From an uncultured archaeon (GTDB lineage Archaea > Iainarchaeota > Iainarchaeia > Iainarchaeales > CSSED10-239): DNA of 32,000 nucleotides. The DNA lies in NCBI GenBank assembly GCA_964586355.1, contig CAZPGO010000011.1, positions 1 to 32,000 on the forward strand, in the 5' to 3' direction. A program made the position numbers and the translations under genes. The notes beneath the pieces are model-generated. The model was not told the origin of the DNA. It saw only the letters and a program-made list of their open reading frames with translations, and did not search any database. Positions 7,498 to 16,951 of the stretch are shown here, in pieces (position 1 is the first letter of the stretch; each line of letters starts with the position of its first letter).

Positions 7498-9645
7498 ATG
7501 GCTGACAAAGATTTTCAAGAAGATTTTGTAGATTTTCAAGAACCTACAAGCACAAACATAGCTGTTGAAGAATATATTGATATTTTTCAAGAATTTCTTG
7601 AAGCCGTTTATAAAAGAGATGTTGAGTTTCTTGCTGCTAATTATCCTGATCAAAAATCAATAGAAATAGATTTTAAAAAACTAGAAGCCTATGATCTAAC
7701 TCTTGCAGAAAGATTAATAGAAGATCCACATACAATGATTGATGCTGCAAATGAAGCACTAAAAAGAATTGATGTTGGTGTTTTAGAGCAAGAAGCTGAT
7801 GTGGATTTTGAGCCTAGAATTAGATTTTTTAATCTTCCTGAAGAATCAAAAATAAGTATAAGAAATGTTGGTTCTGAGTGTATAGGAAAATTAATTTCTG
7901 TTGAAGGAATGGTAAGACAAATAACAGAAAGATTAGAAAAAATGACTGTTGCTCATTTTGTTTGTAGAAGATGTCAAAACAGTTATGATATTAAACAACT
8001 AAGTCAACAAATAAAAAAACCTGTAATGTGTGAATGTAAGTCTAGAGAGTTTGATATAGATCTAGAACAAAGTAAATTTATTGATTATCAAAAAATACAA
8101 GTTCAAGAACCCTTAGAAAGCTTAAAAGGTAGTGAACAAGCAAGCCATATGGAAGTGTTTTTATCTGAGGATCTTGTAAATTTGTGTTCTGCTGGTGATA
8201 AGATAATTATTACTGGTATTGTTAAACTTAAACCACCAAAATCAAACGATTCAAACATTTATCAGAAATATATGGTTGCAAACCATATCGAAAAAGTCGA
8301 TCAAGAATTTGATGAATTAAAGATCTCTCCAGAAGAGGTTGAAGAGATAAAACAACTTTCTAGAAAAGATAATATTTATGAATTGTTATCAGGATCTATT
8401 GCTCCAGGAATCTATGGACACGATATAGTAAAAGAAGCAATAATGCTTCAGATGTTTGGTGGTGTGAAAAAAAAGGTTGGAAAGCAAGATCTTCGTGGAA
8501 ATATTCATGTGTTGTTAGTTGGTGATCCTTCTACTGGTAAAAGTCAATTGTTAAAATATGGTTCAGAGATTGCTCCAAAAAGCATTTATGTTGCAGGAAA
8601 AAGCGCTTCTGGTGCAGGACTAACTGTTAGTGCTGTAAAAGACGATTTTGGAGAAGGCGGTTGGACATTAAAGGCTGGTGCTGTTGTTCTTGCTAGTGGT
8701 GGTATTGCAATGATTGATGAGTTTGATAAGATGGAGGCTGAGGATCGTAGTTCTCTTCATGAAGCCATGGCTCAGTCAACAGTTTCTGTATCTAAGGCTG
8801 GGTTATATGCTAAGTTTAGAGCAGACACCTCAATATTAGCCGCAGCAAACCCAAAACTAAACAGATTTGATAAATTTAAGAATCCAATCGAGCAGATTGA
8901 TCTTCCTTTTTCTTTATTATCAAGATTTGATCTTTATTTTATAATAAGAGATTCATTAAATAGAAAGCTTGATATAGAAATGGGAAGTAAAATCATGGAA
9001 GTTCATGAGGCTGCAGAGAAATTAGCACAAACTGATTCTTCTAAATCTATTTCTAAAGAAGAGCTTGAGGATATAGAGCAAAAGGTTTTGCCAAAAGTAG
9101 ACCCAACCCTTTTTAAAAAATATGTTGCTTATGCAAGACAAAATATTAAACCTATTTTGACAAAAGAAACTTCTGATAAAATACTTAATTATTATATTGA
9201 ATTAAGAGATATTGGTAGAGCCCAGGAAAGTTTTTCAGCAACCCCTAGACAGCTAGAAGGTTTAATAAGGTTGGCAGAAGCAAGTGCAAGAATAAAACTA
9301 AAAGACAAAATAGAAATTGATGATGCTCTAAGAGCTATAAGGATTTTTAAGACTTCTTTAGAGCAAACTTCTACAGATCTTGATACCGGTAAAATAGATA
9401 TTGATATCATAAGTAGTGGACACAGTACTAGTGAGAGGTCATTTTTAAAAAAGGTTTTGAGATTAATTGAAGAGTTAAGTGTTGATGGTGCTCCTGTGGA
9501 TATTTCTGAGTTACAAAAATTAACTGAGCAAGAGAATATTAAAAAAGATAAATTGGTTGATGCTATTATAAAACTAAAAAAATCAGGGGATATATATGAG
9601 CCAAAAAATGGTTTTTATAAAGCAACGAATTTTATGACTCAATAG
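7498..9645 (+). CDS. mcm: MCM replicative helicase
   Basis: 715 aa. N-terminal C4 zinc finger CRRC...CEC, Walker A GDPSTGKSQ, Walker B MIDEFDKM, Arg finger SRFDL. Length fits an intein-free MCM. Confidence 0.95.
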   Translation: MADKDFQEDFVDFQEPTSTNIAVEEYIDIFQEFLEAVYKRDVEFLAANYPDQKSIEIDFKKLEAYDLTLAERLIEDPHTMIDAANEALKRIDVGVLEQEADVDFEPRIRFFNLPEESKISIRNVGSECIGKLISVEGMVRQITERLEKMTVAHFVCRRCQNSYDIKQLSQQIKKPVMCECKSREFDIDLEQSKFIDYQKIQVQEPLESLKGSEQASHMEVFLSEDLVNLCSAGDKIIITGIVKLKPPKSNDSNIYQKYMVANHIEKVDQEFDELKISPEEVEEIKQLSRKDNIYELLSGSIAPGIYGHDIVKEAIMLQMFGGVKKKVGKQDLRGNIHVLLVGDPSTGKSQLLKYGSEIAPKSIYVAGKSASGAGLTVSAVKDDFGEGGWTLKAGAVVLASGGIAMIDEFDKMEAEDRSSLHEAMAQSTVSVSKAGLYAKFRADTSILAAANPKLNRFDKFKNPIEQIDLPFSLLSRFDLYFIIRDSLNRKLDIEMGSKIMEVHEAAEKLAQTDSSKSISKEELEDIEQKVLPKVDPTLFKKYVAYARQNIKPILTKETSDKILNYYIELRDIGRAQESFSATPRQLEGLIRLAEASARIKLKDKIEIDDALRAIRIFKTSLEQTSTDLDTGKIDIDIISSGHSTSERSFLKKVLRLIEELSVDGAPVDISELQKLTEQENIKKDKLVDAIIKLKKSGDIYEPKNGFYKATNFMTQ

Positions 9646-9799
9646 TTTTTAACAGAAAGAAAAGGCTCTCAAATATTTTTATTATGTTGTCTGATATCAC
9701 TTTTAATTAGAGCAAATTGTCTACTATTATTTCCATAAAAACTTTCTGTTTTTAATATTTTGTGATAACTATTATTATATTATTTTAATTTGAAAAAAT

Positions 9800-10648
9800 A
9801 TGAAAAAACAATCAGCAATACATGATAAAAGGTTTATACTAAATTTTATTATTTTATTTTTAGCTGTGCATATCTTAGGGCTTTTTGTTGCACACCACTA
9901 TTCTTTATTAGATCTGCAATTATCTGTTTTTGGAGATCCTAATAGCATCTATAATGCTTTGTTTATTGTTGGCTATATTTTATTTTTAACTTTGATGATC
10001 TTGTTAATGAAAAAACTTTTTAAAAGCGGGAAATATATCTATCTATTTGAATTTTTTGCTTTGTTTTTTGCTATGGGTCTTGTTTTTGAGATCTTTTTAC
10101 CTTTTTTACATGCTTATTTTTTAGCAGGTATTTTATTATTTTTTAAAAATCTATTTGAATCTGAAAAAATAAAATTATGGTTTAATAATTTTGTGTTAGG
10201 GGTTTCTTTAGCAGGTGCTGGAACCCTCTTAGGGTTAGGGCTAGGTCTTGTTCCAATAATTGCTTTGTTATTTTTATTAGCAGTTTATGATATTGTTGCT
10301 GTATTTTACACCAAGCACATGGTTTCTTTAGCAAAACTAATAATTTCAAAAAAAGTTTCTTTAATATTTTTACTACCTTCAAAAAAAAGAGTGTATAGAC
10401 TTGGTGGTGGCGATTTTGCTATCCCTTTAGCTGTTTCTGCTAGCTTGTTTAATATCTTAATTAGAAAATTTAGTTTAGTAACAACATTAATACCAATTTT
10501 TTTTGTGTGGGTTGCGGCAATTTCTGGTATGTTATTAACTTTTTATATTTTAGATAAAAAAAAGATAAATGCTTTACCAGCACTACCTATTCAGGTTTTT
10601 TTAATGATATTAGTTATTGTTATTTCTTATTTTATTTTACTATACTAA
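9800..10648 (+). CDS. Presenilin/signal-peptide-peptidase-like GxGD intramembrane aspartyl protease (archaeal PSH, A22 family)
   Basis: Polytopic membrane protein with YD (LLAVYDIVAVFY), GxGD (RLGGGDFAIPL) and PAL (NALPALPIQ) motifs in the canonical order. Confidence 0.8.
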   Translation: MKKQSAIHDKRFILNFIILFLAVHILGLFVAHHYSLLDLQLSVFGDPNSIYNALFIVGYILFLTLMILLMKKLFKSGKYIYLFEFFALFFAMGLVFEIFLPFLHAYFLAGILLFFKNLFESEKIKLWFNNFVLGVSLAGAGTLLGLGLGLVPIIALLFLLAVYDIVAVFYTKHMVSLAKLIISKKVSLIFLLPSKKRVYRLGGGDFAIPLAVSASLFNILIRKFSLVTTLIPIFFVWVAAISGMLLTFYILDKKKINALPALPIQVFLMILVIVISYFILLY

Positions 10649-11036
10649 CACTGTTTGTTCTTACAAACTCACAAGTTTTTGTAACTTCAACAAGATATTT
10701 TATTTTCCCATCTTTATTTTTGCACATATTTTCTTTTTGATCATCTAAAAAGCTAACTCTTGGCGAGTGAACAACATCACAACCCCAACCTAAGGCGACA
10801 TTTTCTGAAAGACAGGGACCAGATTCAAGCAAATTGCCTTTTGCTATCTCTTGCTTACAAAGAGCAACACAGTTTTTTATTGCGTCTTCTTCATAATCTA
10901 AAGTTGCATCTCTAAAAACTATATTTAATATTCCAAAAACAAGTATTATTCCTAAAATAATAACATACAAATACAAACTTATTTTACTTGGTCTAAAAAG
11001 ATTAAACTTTTCTTTCTTCTTTTTTTTCTGGTTCAT
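10632..11036 (-). CDS. Membrane-anchored Cys-rich hypothetical protein
   Basis: 134 aa. A lysine-rich N-terminus is followed by one TM helix (LYLYVIILGIILVFGILNIVF) and an extracytoplasmic domain of about 90 aa with 6 Cys. Its 3' end overlaps the convergent presenilin gene by 17 nt. Confidence 0.5.
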   Translation of the reverse strand: MNQKKKKKEKFNLFRPSKISLYLYVIILGIILVFGILNIVFRDATLDYEEDAIKNCVALCKQEIAKGNLLESGPCLSENVALGWGCDVVHSPRVSFLDDQKENMCKNKDGKIKYLVEVTKTCEFVRTNSVSIVK

Positions 11037-11174
11037 ATTATTTTGCCTTCTTTATAATAGATCTTTTTTTATATCTTCTTCTATTATGGAATATAAAACA
11101 ATATACTCTATAAAAACCTTTCTTTATTTACAAAAATAAAAGGGTTTTAAAATAAATCCATATATATATATTAT

Positions 11175-11627
11175 ATGACAAAGTCCAAAACAGAGCAACC
11201 CTCTTTACCAAAATTAGAATTAAATTATAATCAATTACTGGATAGACTATATATGTCTTTACCACAAAAGGCAAAAGAGTCTGTAAGATATGAAATGCCT
11301 ACCGCTATTTCAATGATACAAGGTAAACAAACAATCTGGAAGAATTTCATAAAATGTGCTAAAGATCTTGATAGAGATCAAAACTTATTATATAAGTTTG
11401 TTATGAAGGAGATCAGCACATCTTCAACAATAGTAAACAATCAATCATTAGTATTAAACGGTGCATTTGATAATCAAAAAATTAATTTAATATTAGAAAA
11501 ATTCATTAATGCTTTTGTTTTGTGTTCTGAATGTAAAAAACCAGACACCACAATAATAACACAACACAATATAAAGGTGTTAAAATGCTCTGCATGTGGA
11601 GCAATATCTGCTTTACCAAAATTATAG
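11175..11627 (+). CDS. eif2b: Translation initiation factor aIF-2 beta subunit
   Basis: Y.QLLDRLY..LP start, central helix-turn-helix region and C-terminal zinc ribbon CSECKKPDT...LKCSACGA. Confidence 0.9.
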   Translation: MTKSKTEQPSLPKLELNYNQLLDRLYMSLPQKAKESVRYEMPTAISMIQGKQTIWKNFIKCAKDLDRDQNLLYKFVMKEISTSSTIVNNQSLVLNGAFDNQKINLILEKFINAFVLCSECKKPDTTIITQHNIKVLKCSACGAISALPKL

Positions 11628-11640
11628 ACTTATTTTTAAT

Positions 11641-11931
11641 ATGATTGGAAAAATACATAAATATGCTGGGCAAAAGATTTTTGCTTGTTGTGATTTTGAG
11701 CTTTTAGAGAAAAATATTCTCTTTAATGATGTCAAGATACATATACGCTCAGGTTTTTATGGTTCTACTAAGCTTACAAAAAAAGAAATTCTTGATTTTG
11801 TATCTGAAGCAAATCAAGTTAATGTTTTTGGAAAAAGGGTTTGTGATCTTTTACTTTCAAAAAACATAATTACTAAAGAGGATGTTATTTATATAGAAAA
11901 TATACCACATATTCAAATCTATAAAATTTAA
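11641..11931 (+). CDS. DUF424 family protein
   Basis: About 96 aa from ATG 11641 (MIGKIHKY...FACCDFELLEK...FYGS...NVFGKRV...IENIPHIQIY). This is the DUF424 pattern and the family's usual position next to aIF-2beta. The track ORF start at 11596 overlaps eif2b and is unlikely to be real. Confidence 0.7.
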   Translation: MIGKIHKYAGQKIFACCDFELLEKNILFNDVKIHIRSGFYGSTKLTKKEILDFVSEANQVNVFGKRVCDLLLSKNIITKEDVIYIENIPHIQIYKI

Positions 11932-11958
11932 AAAAACTTTTGGAGGTTATATAAAAAA

Positions 11959-12417
11959 ATGCAAAAACACTTTAATAAAAACAGAACACCAAACCCTGCC
12001 TTTGATCCAACTAATGAGTTTAAAAAATTAAGAACTCCTTTTAGAAAAGATCTAGAAATGTATGGCAAAATAACTAATTTAATGGGAACAAATCAAGTAA
12101 AAGTTGCTTGTGAAGATGCCACAGAAAGGATCTGTAGAATTCCTGGAAAGATGTTTAGACATATCTGGATAAAAACAAATGATATTGTTATTATTAAACT
12201 TTGGGACTTTCAACCAAGCAAAGCAGATGTTGTTTGGAGATATCAAGGTTTTCAAAAAAATGCTTTAGAAAGGCGTGGAGAATTAACAAAACTTTATGCG
12301 TTTACTCATGATGAGGTCTCTAATAATCCAAGATATTTACCACAAAATAACACCCCTCAAAAAGAAGAATCTTCTTCTGATATTAAAGAGTTACCAGATT
12401 CAGACAATAAAGAATAA
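11959..12417 (+). CDS. eif1a: Translation initiation factor aIF-1A (S1-like OB fold) with a long acidic/Ser-rich C-terminal tail
   Basis: RIPGKM...IWIKTNDIVIIKLWDFQPSKADVVWRY is the eIF1A OB core. GGAGGT (SD) lies 10 nt upstream of the ATG. Confidence 0.9.
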   Translation: MQKHFNKNRTPNPAFDPTNEFKKLRTPFRKDLEMYGKITNLMGTNQVKVACEDATERICRIPGKMFRHIWIKTNDIVIIKLWDFQPSKADVVWRYQGFQKNALERRGELTKLYAFTHDEVSNNPRYLPQNNTPQKEESSSDIKELPDSDNKE

Positions 12418-12434
12418 TATAAAAAAAGATCAAA

Positions 12435-13184
12435 ATGCTTCCAATAAAAAAGATAGAAGGTTATGTTTTTGATAATACTGTTCATGAGGCCTTATTTAAA
12501 TTATCAAGTAATGGTATAATAGATTCTATTGATGAACCAATAGCATCAGGAAAAGAAGCAATTACTTTTTTAGGGCATATTGATAAAACTTATTTGGTTG
12601 CAAAGATCTATAAGATAGAAACCTCTAATTTTAAAAAACTTGGTAAATATATTAAAGGAGATTATAGATTTAAAAAAATAAAAAATGAAAGAAGAAATCT
12701 TTTTTTAATATGGGCAAGTAAAGAATATAAGAATCTTACTCTTGCAATTAACAATGGGGTTTCTGTTCCGGTACCAATAGCAAGAGAAAAAAACATTTTA
12801 ATTCTTTCCTTGGTTGGAACAAAAGAGGGTAATCCTCATCCAAAGTTAATTAAGTTTAGAAAATATGATTTTGAGCATGTTTATTCACAAATAATAGAAA
12901 ACTATGCAAAACTATTATATGGTGCAAAGATAGTTCATGCAGATTTTAGTCCATATAATATTTTGATAGATCCAGAAACTCAAAAAATAACAATAATAGA
13001 TATGGGTCAAGCTGTTGTTCACACTCACCCAAAAGCAAAAGCTTTTTTAAAAAGAGACATAATTAATATTACTGATTTTCTAAATAAAAGAGCAAAAAAC
13101 AAAATAACTTATGAGCAGTTTTTAGAAGATCTAAAACATAAAAAAAAGGAATTGTACAAAAGCGAGGTTAATAAAAATGAGTAA
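12435..13184 (+). CDS. rio1: RIO-type serine/threonine protein kinase (Rio1-like, no N-terminal wHTH)
   Basis: Motifs: SGKEAITF (nucleotide loop), VAKIYK, catalytic IVHADFSPYNIL, metal-binding IIDMGQAV. It sits in the conserved archaeal aIF1A-RIO-KH neighbourhood. Confidence 0.85.
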   Translation: MLPIKKIEGYVFDNTVHEALFKLSSNGIIDSIDEPIASGKEAITFLGHIDKTYLVAKIYKIETSNFKKLGKYIKGDYRFKKIKNERRNLFLIWASKEYKNLTLAINNGVSVPVPIAREKNILILSLVGTKEGNPHPKLIKFRKYDFEHVYSQIIENYAKLLYGAKIVHADFSPYNILIDPETQKITIIDMGQAVVHTHPKAKAFLKRDIINITDFLNKRAKNKITYEQFLEDLKHKKKELYKSEVNKNE

Positions 13185-13389
13185 AATAAAAAAAAGACCA
13201 TTAACTCTAATAATATTAGCAATATTTTTTGGAGTGTTTGCTTGGTTGTATATTTTTGAAAATAGAAAAACCGAATTTTGGGTAGGTGTTTCTTTATCAG
13301 TACTACTTTGCTGGACAATTGTTGTTCCTGTTGGTTTTTATATTTGGTCACTAGTTGATTGTATACTTTATAGTGATAAACTATACTAA
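13177..13389 (+). CDS. Small two-TM membrane protein, hypothetical
   Basis: 70 aa with two hydrophobic helices. Its ATG overlaps the rio stop (AATGAGTAA), suggesting translational coupling. It interrupts the usual RIO-KH adjacency. Confidence 0.45.
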   Translation: MSKIKKRPLTLIILAIFFGVFAWLYIFENRKTEFWVGVSLSVLLCWTIVVPVGFYIWSLVDCILYSDKLY

Positions 13390-13404
13390 AATTTTGGAAA
13401 AGTT

Positions 13405-13983
13405 ATGGAAGAAATAATTAAAGTTAATCATCAAAGATTGCCAATTATTATTGGTCATGATGGAGAAACAAAAAAACTTATTGAAAAAAAAACTAATGTA
13501 GCTTTAGAGATTGATAGTCATACTGGTGAAATTGTAATTGTTGGTCAAAGCAATTATTATAATGTCTATAATGCAAAAAAAGTAATTACTGCAATCTCTA
13601 GAGGTTTTTCTCCAGAAAATGCTTTTAATATTCTAAAGGGAGACAACACCTTAGAAGTTATGTCCATTGAAAACTTTATTGGTAAAAACACCAATAGAAT
13701 TCATCAGATAAAAGGAAGAATAATAGGTAGAGATGGAAGCATAAAAAACATAATTGAAAAAAAATATGGGTGTTTTTTAGCAGTTTATGGAAAAACAGTA
13801 GCAATTATAGCAAGATCTGATTACATGGGAGAGATCATGGAGATTGTTGAGTCTTTGATTAATGGTGCAAAACACACAGCAGTTTTTAAGATCTTAAAAA
13901 GATCAAAAGTGAGAAACACCATAGGAAATAGAATAGTTAAAGATAATGTTACTGAAAAAATTGATGATATTTCTTTTAAATGA
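13405..13983 (+). CDS. KH-domain RNA-binding protein (archaeal Dim2/Pno1-like, two KH modules)
   Basis: Two GxxG-type KH segments (IIGHDGETKKLIE and IIGRDGSIKNIIE). It holds the conserved position downstream of aIF1A-RIO. Confidence 0.8.
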   Translation: MEEIIKVNHQRLPIIIGHDGETKKLIEKKTNVALEIDSHTGEIVIVGQSNYYNVYNAKKVITAISRGFSPENAFNILKGDNTLEVMSIENFIGKNTNRIHQIKGRIIGRDGSIKNIIEKKYGCFLAVYGKTVAIIARSDYMGEIMEIVESLINGAKHTAVFKILKRSKVRNTIGNRIVKDNVTEKIDDISFK

Positions 13984-13998
13984 TTTTTTTTATTTTTT
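13984..13998 (+). terminator. Oligo-T tract (archaeal-type terminator) after the KH gene
   Basis: T8-A-T6 immediately follows the TGA stop. Confidence 0.4.
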
Positions 13999-14045
13999 AA
14001 ATAAAAAAAGAACTACTATTTTTAAATCTTTTTGACTATAATATA

Positions 14046-14087
14046 TTTATATAAATATATTTAAGCTATTTTTAATATTAGAAGGGA
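14046..14087 (+). promoter_or_regulatory. Putative promoter (TTTATATAAA) plus SD-like GAAGGGATT upstream of top6B
   Basis: The TATA-like element lies about 45 nt before ATG 14095 and AAGGGATT 6-7 nt before the ATG. This is the same architecture as the RPA gene. Confidence 0.3.
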
Positions 14088-14094
14088 TTTAGAA

Positions 14095-15792
14095 ATGAGT
14101 AAAGAAAAAACTATTAAAGATAAAGATGTTATAAATCAATTAGATGCTGATGAATTATTTACTGAATTTAAGGAACATTCAGTAGCAGACTTTTTTAAAA
14201 AAAACAAACAGATGTTAGGTCTTTCTGGAAAACAAAGATCTTTAACAACAATTATACACGAACTAGTAACCAATTCCTTAGATGCTTGTGAAGAAGCGGG
14301 GTTGCTTCCAGAAATTGAAGTAAAGCTATCAGAAATAGGCTCAGAATACTATGAGATATCAGTAAAAGATAATGGCCCAGGCATTCCAGAAGACAAAATA
14401 GCAAGTGCTTTAGGTAAATTACTTGCAGGAACCAAATTTCATAGACTGGTTCAAACTAGAGGTCAGCAAGGAATTGGTGTTAGTGGAATTATTTTATTAT
14501 CTCAAATGACTACTGGAAAACCAACAAAAGTTATTTCCGGAACCAGTAAAGGTAAAACAAGTTCTCTAGAAATTTCTATTGATAGTAAAACAAACACTCC
14601 AAAGGTTGTAAACAAACATTATTTAGAAAATAAATATAGAGGTCTTGCAATCAAATGTAAGTTTAAAGAAATAATTTACAAAAAAGGTCAAAACAGTGTT
14701 GATGAATATTTAAGAAGAACAGCAATATCCAATCCTCATTTATCTCTTTTTTTTGAAGACCCTAATGGAGAGATTACAAAATACACAAGAACAGTAACAA
14801 AACTACCAAGAATACCAAAAGCAGTAAAACCACACCCAAGAGGAACAACAGTAGATGAACTTTTAAGTTATGCTAGACATGCTAGTGCAAGAAAAGTAAA
14901 TTCTTTTTTAGCAACAACTTTTGATAGGGTTGGTCAAACATCAATTGATAACATCCAAAAAATAGTTCATTTTGATCTAAATAAAGATCCTAGATCTCTA
15001 AGTTGGGAAGAAGCAGAAGATCTTGTAAAAGCTATTAAAGAAACAAAATTTATTGCTCCAAGCACAGATAATCTTGTGCCAATAGGTGAAGATCAAATAA
15101 AAAAATCTTTAAAATCAATTGTTAGTCCAGAATTTTTGTCCGTGGTAACAAGAAAACCAGGGGTTTACCAAGGAGGATATGCTTTTCAAGTTGAGGCTGG
15201 TGTTGCTTATGGTGGTGGCGCTGGTAGACTTGTAAGTGTTGAAAAGATAGTAGAAAAAGGGGTTACAAAAAAAGAAGAAGTTAGAACCTCTGAAATAATA
15301 AGATTTGCAAATAAAGCCCCATTATTGTTTGATGCTGGAGGTTGTGCAATTACAAAAACTGTTGAATCTGTAGATTGGAAAAGATATGGTATCTCTAATT
15401 TTGATTCTAGTCCATTATCAATATTTGTGAACTTAATCTCTGTTCATATCCCTTACACATCTGCAGGAAAATCTGCTGTCTCTGATGATAATGACATTGT
15501 TAATGAAATTAAGTTGGCAGTAATGGATGTTGCAAGAAGAGTAGGAATATACATTATTGAGAAAAAAAGAGAAGCAGAAAAAAAAGAAAAAAGAAAAGTT
15601 TTTGGAAAATATGCTCCATATGTTGTAGAGGCTTTAGTTCATACAACAGGAGATAATAATAAAGAGCTTTTATTAAAAAATCTAAATAACATGGTTTTAG
15701 AAAAACTAAAAATGGAAGAAGAAGTTCCCTCTTCTAAAGACGAAGCTGTTGTTGAAGAAGAGGTTATTGAAGATGATGAAATTAATGAATAA
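14095..15792 (+). CDS. top6B: DNA topoisomerase VI subunit B
   Basis: GHKL/Bergerat ATPase motifs ELVTNSLDA, DNGPGIP and GQQGIGVS, then H2TH and transducer regions, then an acidic tail. It lies directly upstream of top6A. Confidence 0.95.
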   Translation: MSKEKTIKDKDVINQLDADELFTEFKEHSVADFFKKNKQMLGLSGKQRSLTTIIHELVTNSLDACEEAGLLPEIEVKLSEIGSEYYEISVKDNGPGIPEDKIASALGKLLAGTKFHRLVQTRGQQGIGVSGIILLSQMTTGKPTKVISGTSKGKTSSLEISIDSKTNTPKVVNKHYLENKYRGLAIKCKFKEIIYKKGQNSVDEYLRRTAISNPHLSLFFEDPNGEITKYTRTVTKLPRIPKAVKPHPRGTTVDELLSYARHASARKVNSFLATTFDRVGQTSIDNIQKIVHFDLNKDPRSLSWEEAEDLVKAIKETKFIAPSTDNLVPIGEDQIKKSLKSIVSPEFLSVVTRKPGVYQGGYAFQVEAGVAYGGGAGRLVSVEKIVEKGVTKKEEVRTSEIIRFANKAPLLFDAGGCAITKTVESVDWKRYGISNFDSSPLSIFVNLISVHIPYTSAGKSAVSDDNDIVNEIKLAVMDVARRVGIYIIEKKREAEKKEKRKVFGKYAPYVVEALVHTTGDNNKELLLKNLNNMVLEKLKMEEEVPSSKDEAVVEEEVIEDDEINE

Positions 15793-15802
15793 GTGATAAT
15801 TT

Positions 15803-16942
15803 ATGACAAAATCAAAACCGAAAAAAAAAGTTTTAGAAGAATTTGAAGTAGAAACAACTAAGGATATTGAAAGAAAAACATTTCAAATCGCAAAAGATAT
15901 TGTTGATCAAATAAAAGCTAATCAACAACCAACCTTTGTGACAAAGGTCAGAGGACTTAGTAATGTTTACTTTGATGACGAGAAACAATACATTCAGTTA
16001 GGAGATAAGACAGTTGCAAGACCTTTTCTAAATCTTGGTGCTGCAAGAAAGTTTATGCAGACAATGTTAGTTAATGACAAATGTAATGAATACTTAAAAG
16101 AAGGAAAAACAGCATCAATCAGAGAAATCTACTACGAACTAAAAAGAACAGTAGCTAACACCAAGGAGAACACTTTTGATGGGCAAAATGAATCTAATGA
16201 AGTAATTGTTGATATTGAGCATGCTGCAAACACCATAAGAGAAAAGTTAGGTCTTCATGCAGAGTCTAAAGGATCTTTATATGGGGATATTACTTTAAAA
16301 GATCTAAAACACGATGGAGATGTTTTTAATTGTAACACCCTTGGTCGTGGTGGCTGGTCTATAATGTCTAGAATAGAACCTGAAGAAATTGAAATAGTTG
16401 ATGTTAATGCAGAAGTAGTTTTAGTTATTGAAACTGCTGCGATGTATAACAGGCTTATTGAAGAAAGATACACCAAATCACACAAAGCAATATTAATAGG
16501 GACCGGGGGCCAAGCAGCAAGAGGTGCAAGAAGGTTAATACATAGATTAAGATATGAATATGATCTTCCTGTTATTGTTTTTACTGATGGGGATCCATAT
16601 GGTTGGTATATTTATTCAGTAATTAAAAGTGGATCTATGGCTCTAGCAGCACATTCCAAATATTTAGCTGTTCCTGATGCTAAATATGTTGGTATGACTT
16701 TAACAGATGTTGAGACTTATGGTTTGCAAAATGTTACTGAAAAAATGAAAGATGGAGATATTAAAAGAGCAAAAGAATTAATGAGCTATGATTGGTTTAA
16801 ATCAAATGAATGGCAAAAAGAACTAAAGCTTGCAATTGATAAAAAAATAAGAATTGAGCAACAGGCTTTAGCAAACAAATCATTAGACTTTGTTGCAAAA
16901 AAATATCTTCCTGAAAAAATTGAAAAAGAGATTTTTTTATAA
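15803..16942 (+). CDS. top6A: DNA topoisomerase VI subunit A (Spo11 family)
   Basis: Winged-helix region with IREIYYEL (catalytic Tyr region). Toprim motifs VLVIETAAM and VFTDGDPYGWYI. Confidence 0.95.
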   Translation: MTKSKPKKKVLEEFEVETTKDIERKTFQIAKDIVDQIKANQQPTFVTKVRGLSNVYFDDEKQYIQLGDKTVARPFLNLGAARKFMQTMLVNDKCNEYLKEGKTASIREIYYELKRTVANTKENTFDGQNESNEVIVDIEHAANTIREKLGLHAESKGSLYGDITLKDLKHDGDVFNCNTLGRGGWSIMSRIEPEEIEIVDVNAEVVLVIETAAMYNRLIEERYTKSHKAILIGTGGQAARGARRLIHRLRYEYDLPVIVFTDGDPYGWYIYSVIKSGSMALAAHSKYLAVPDAKYVGMTLTDVETYGLQNVTEKMKDGDIKRAKELMSYDWFKSNEWQKELKLAIDKKIRIEQQALANKSLDFVAKKYLPEKIEKEIFL

Positions 16943-16951
16943 TTTTTTTTA

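Noticed and set aside
11596-11640. N-terminal extension of the DUF424 ORF overlapping the end of aIF-2beta
   Set aside because: The extension (MEQYLLYQNYRLIFN) overlaps eif2b in another frame and has no counterpart in DUF424 proteins. ATG 11641 gives a family-typical length.
7498-16942. Inteins in MCM, Topo VI A/B or RPA, which are common intein hosts
   Set aside because: Lengths are normal for intein-free proteins. Walker A/B, Toprim and GHKL motifs are contiguous, with no Cys/Ser...HN-bounded inserts.
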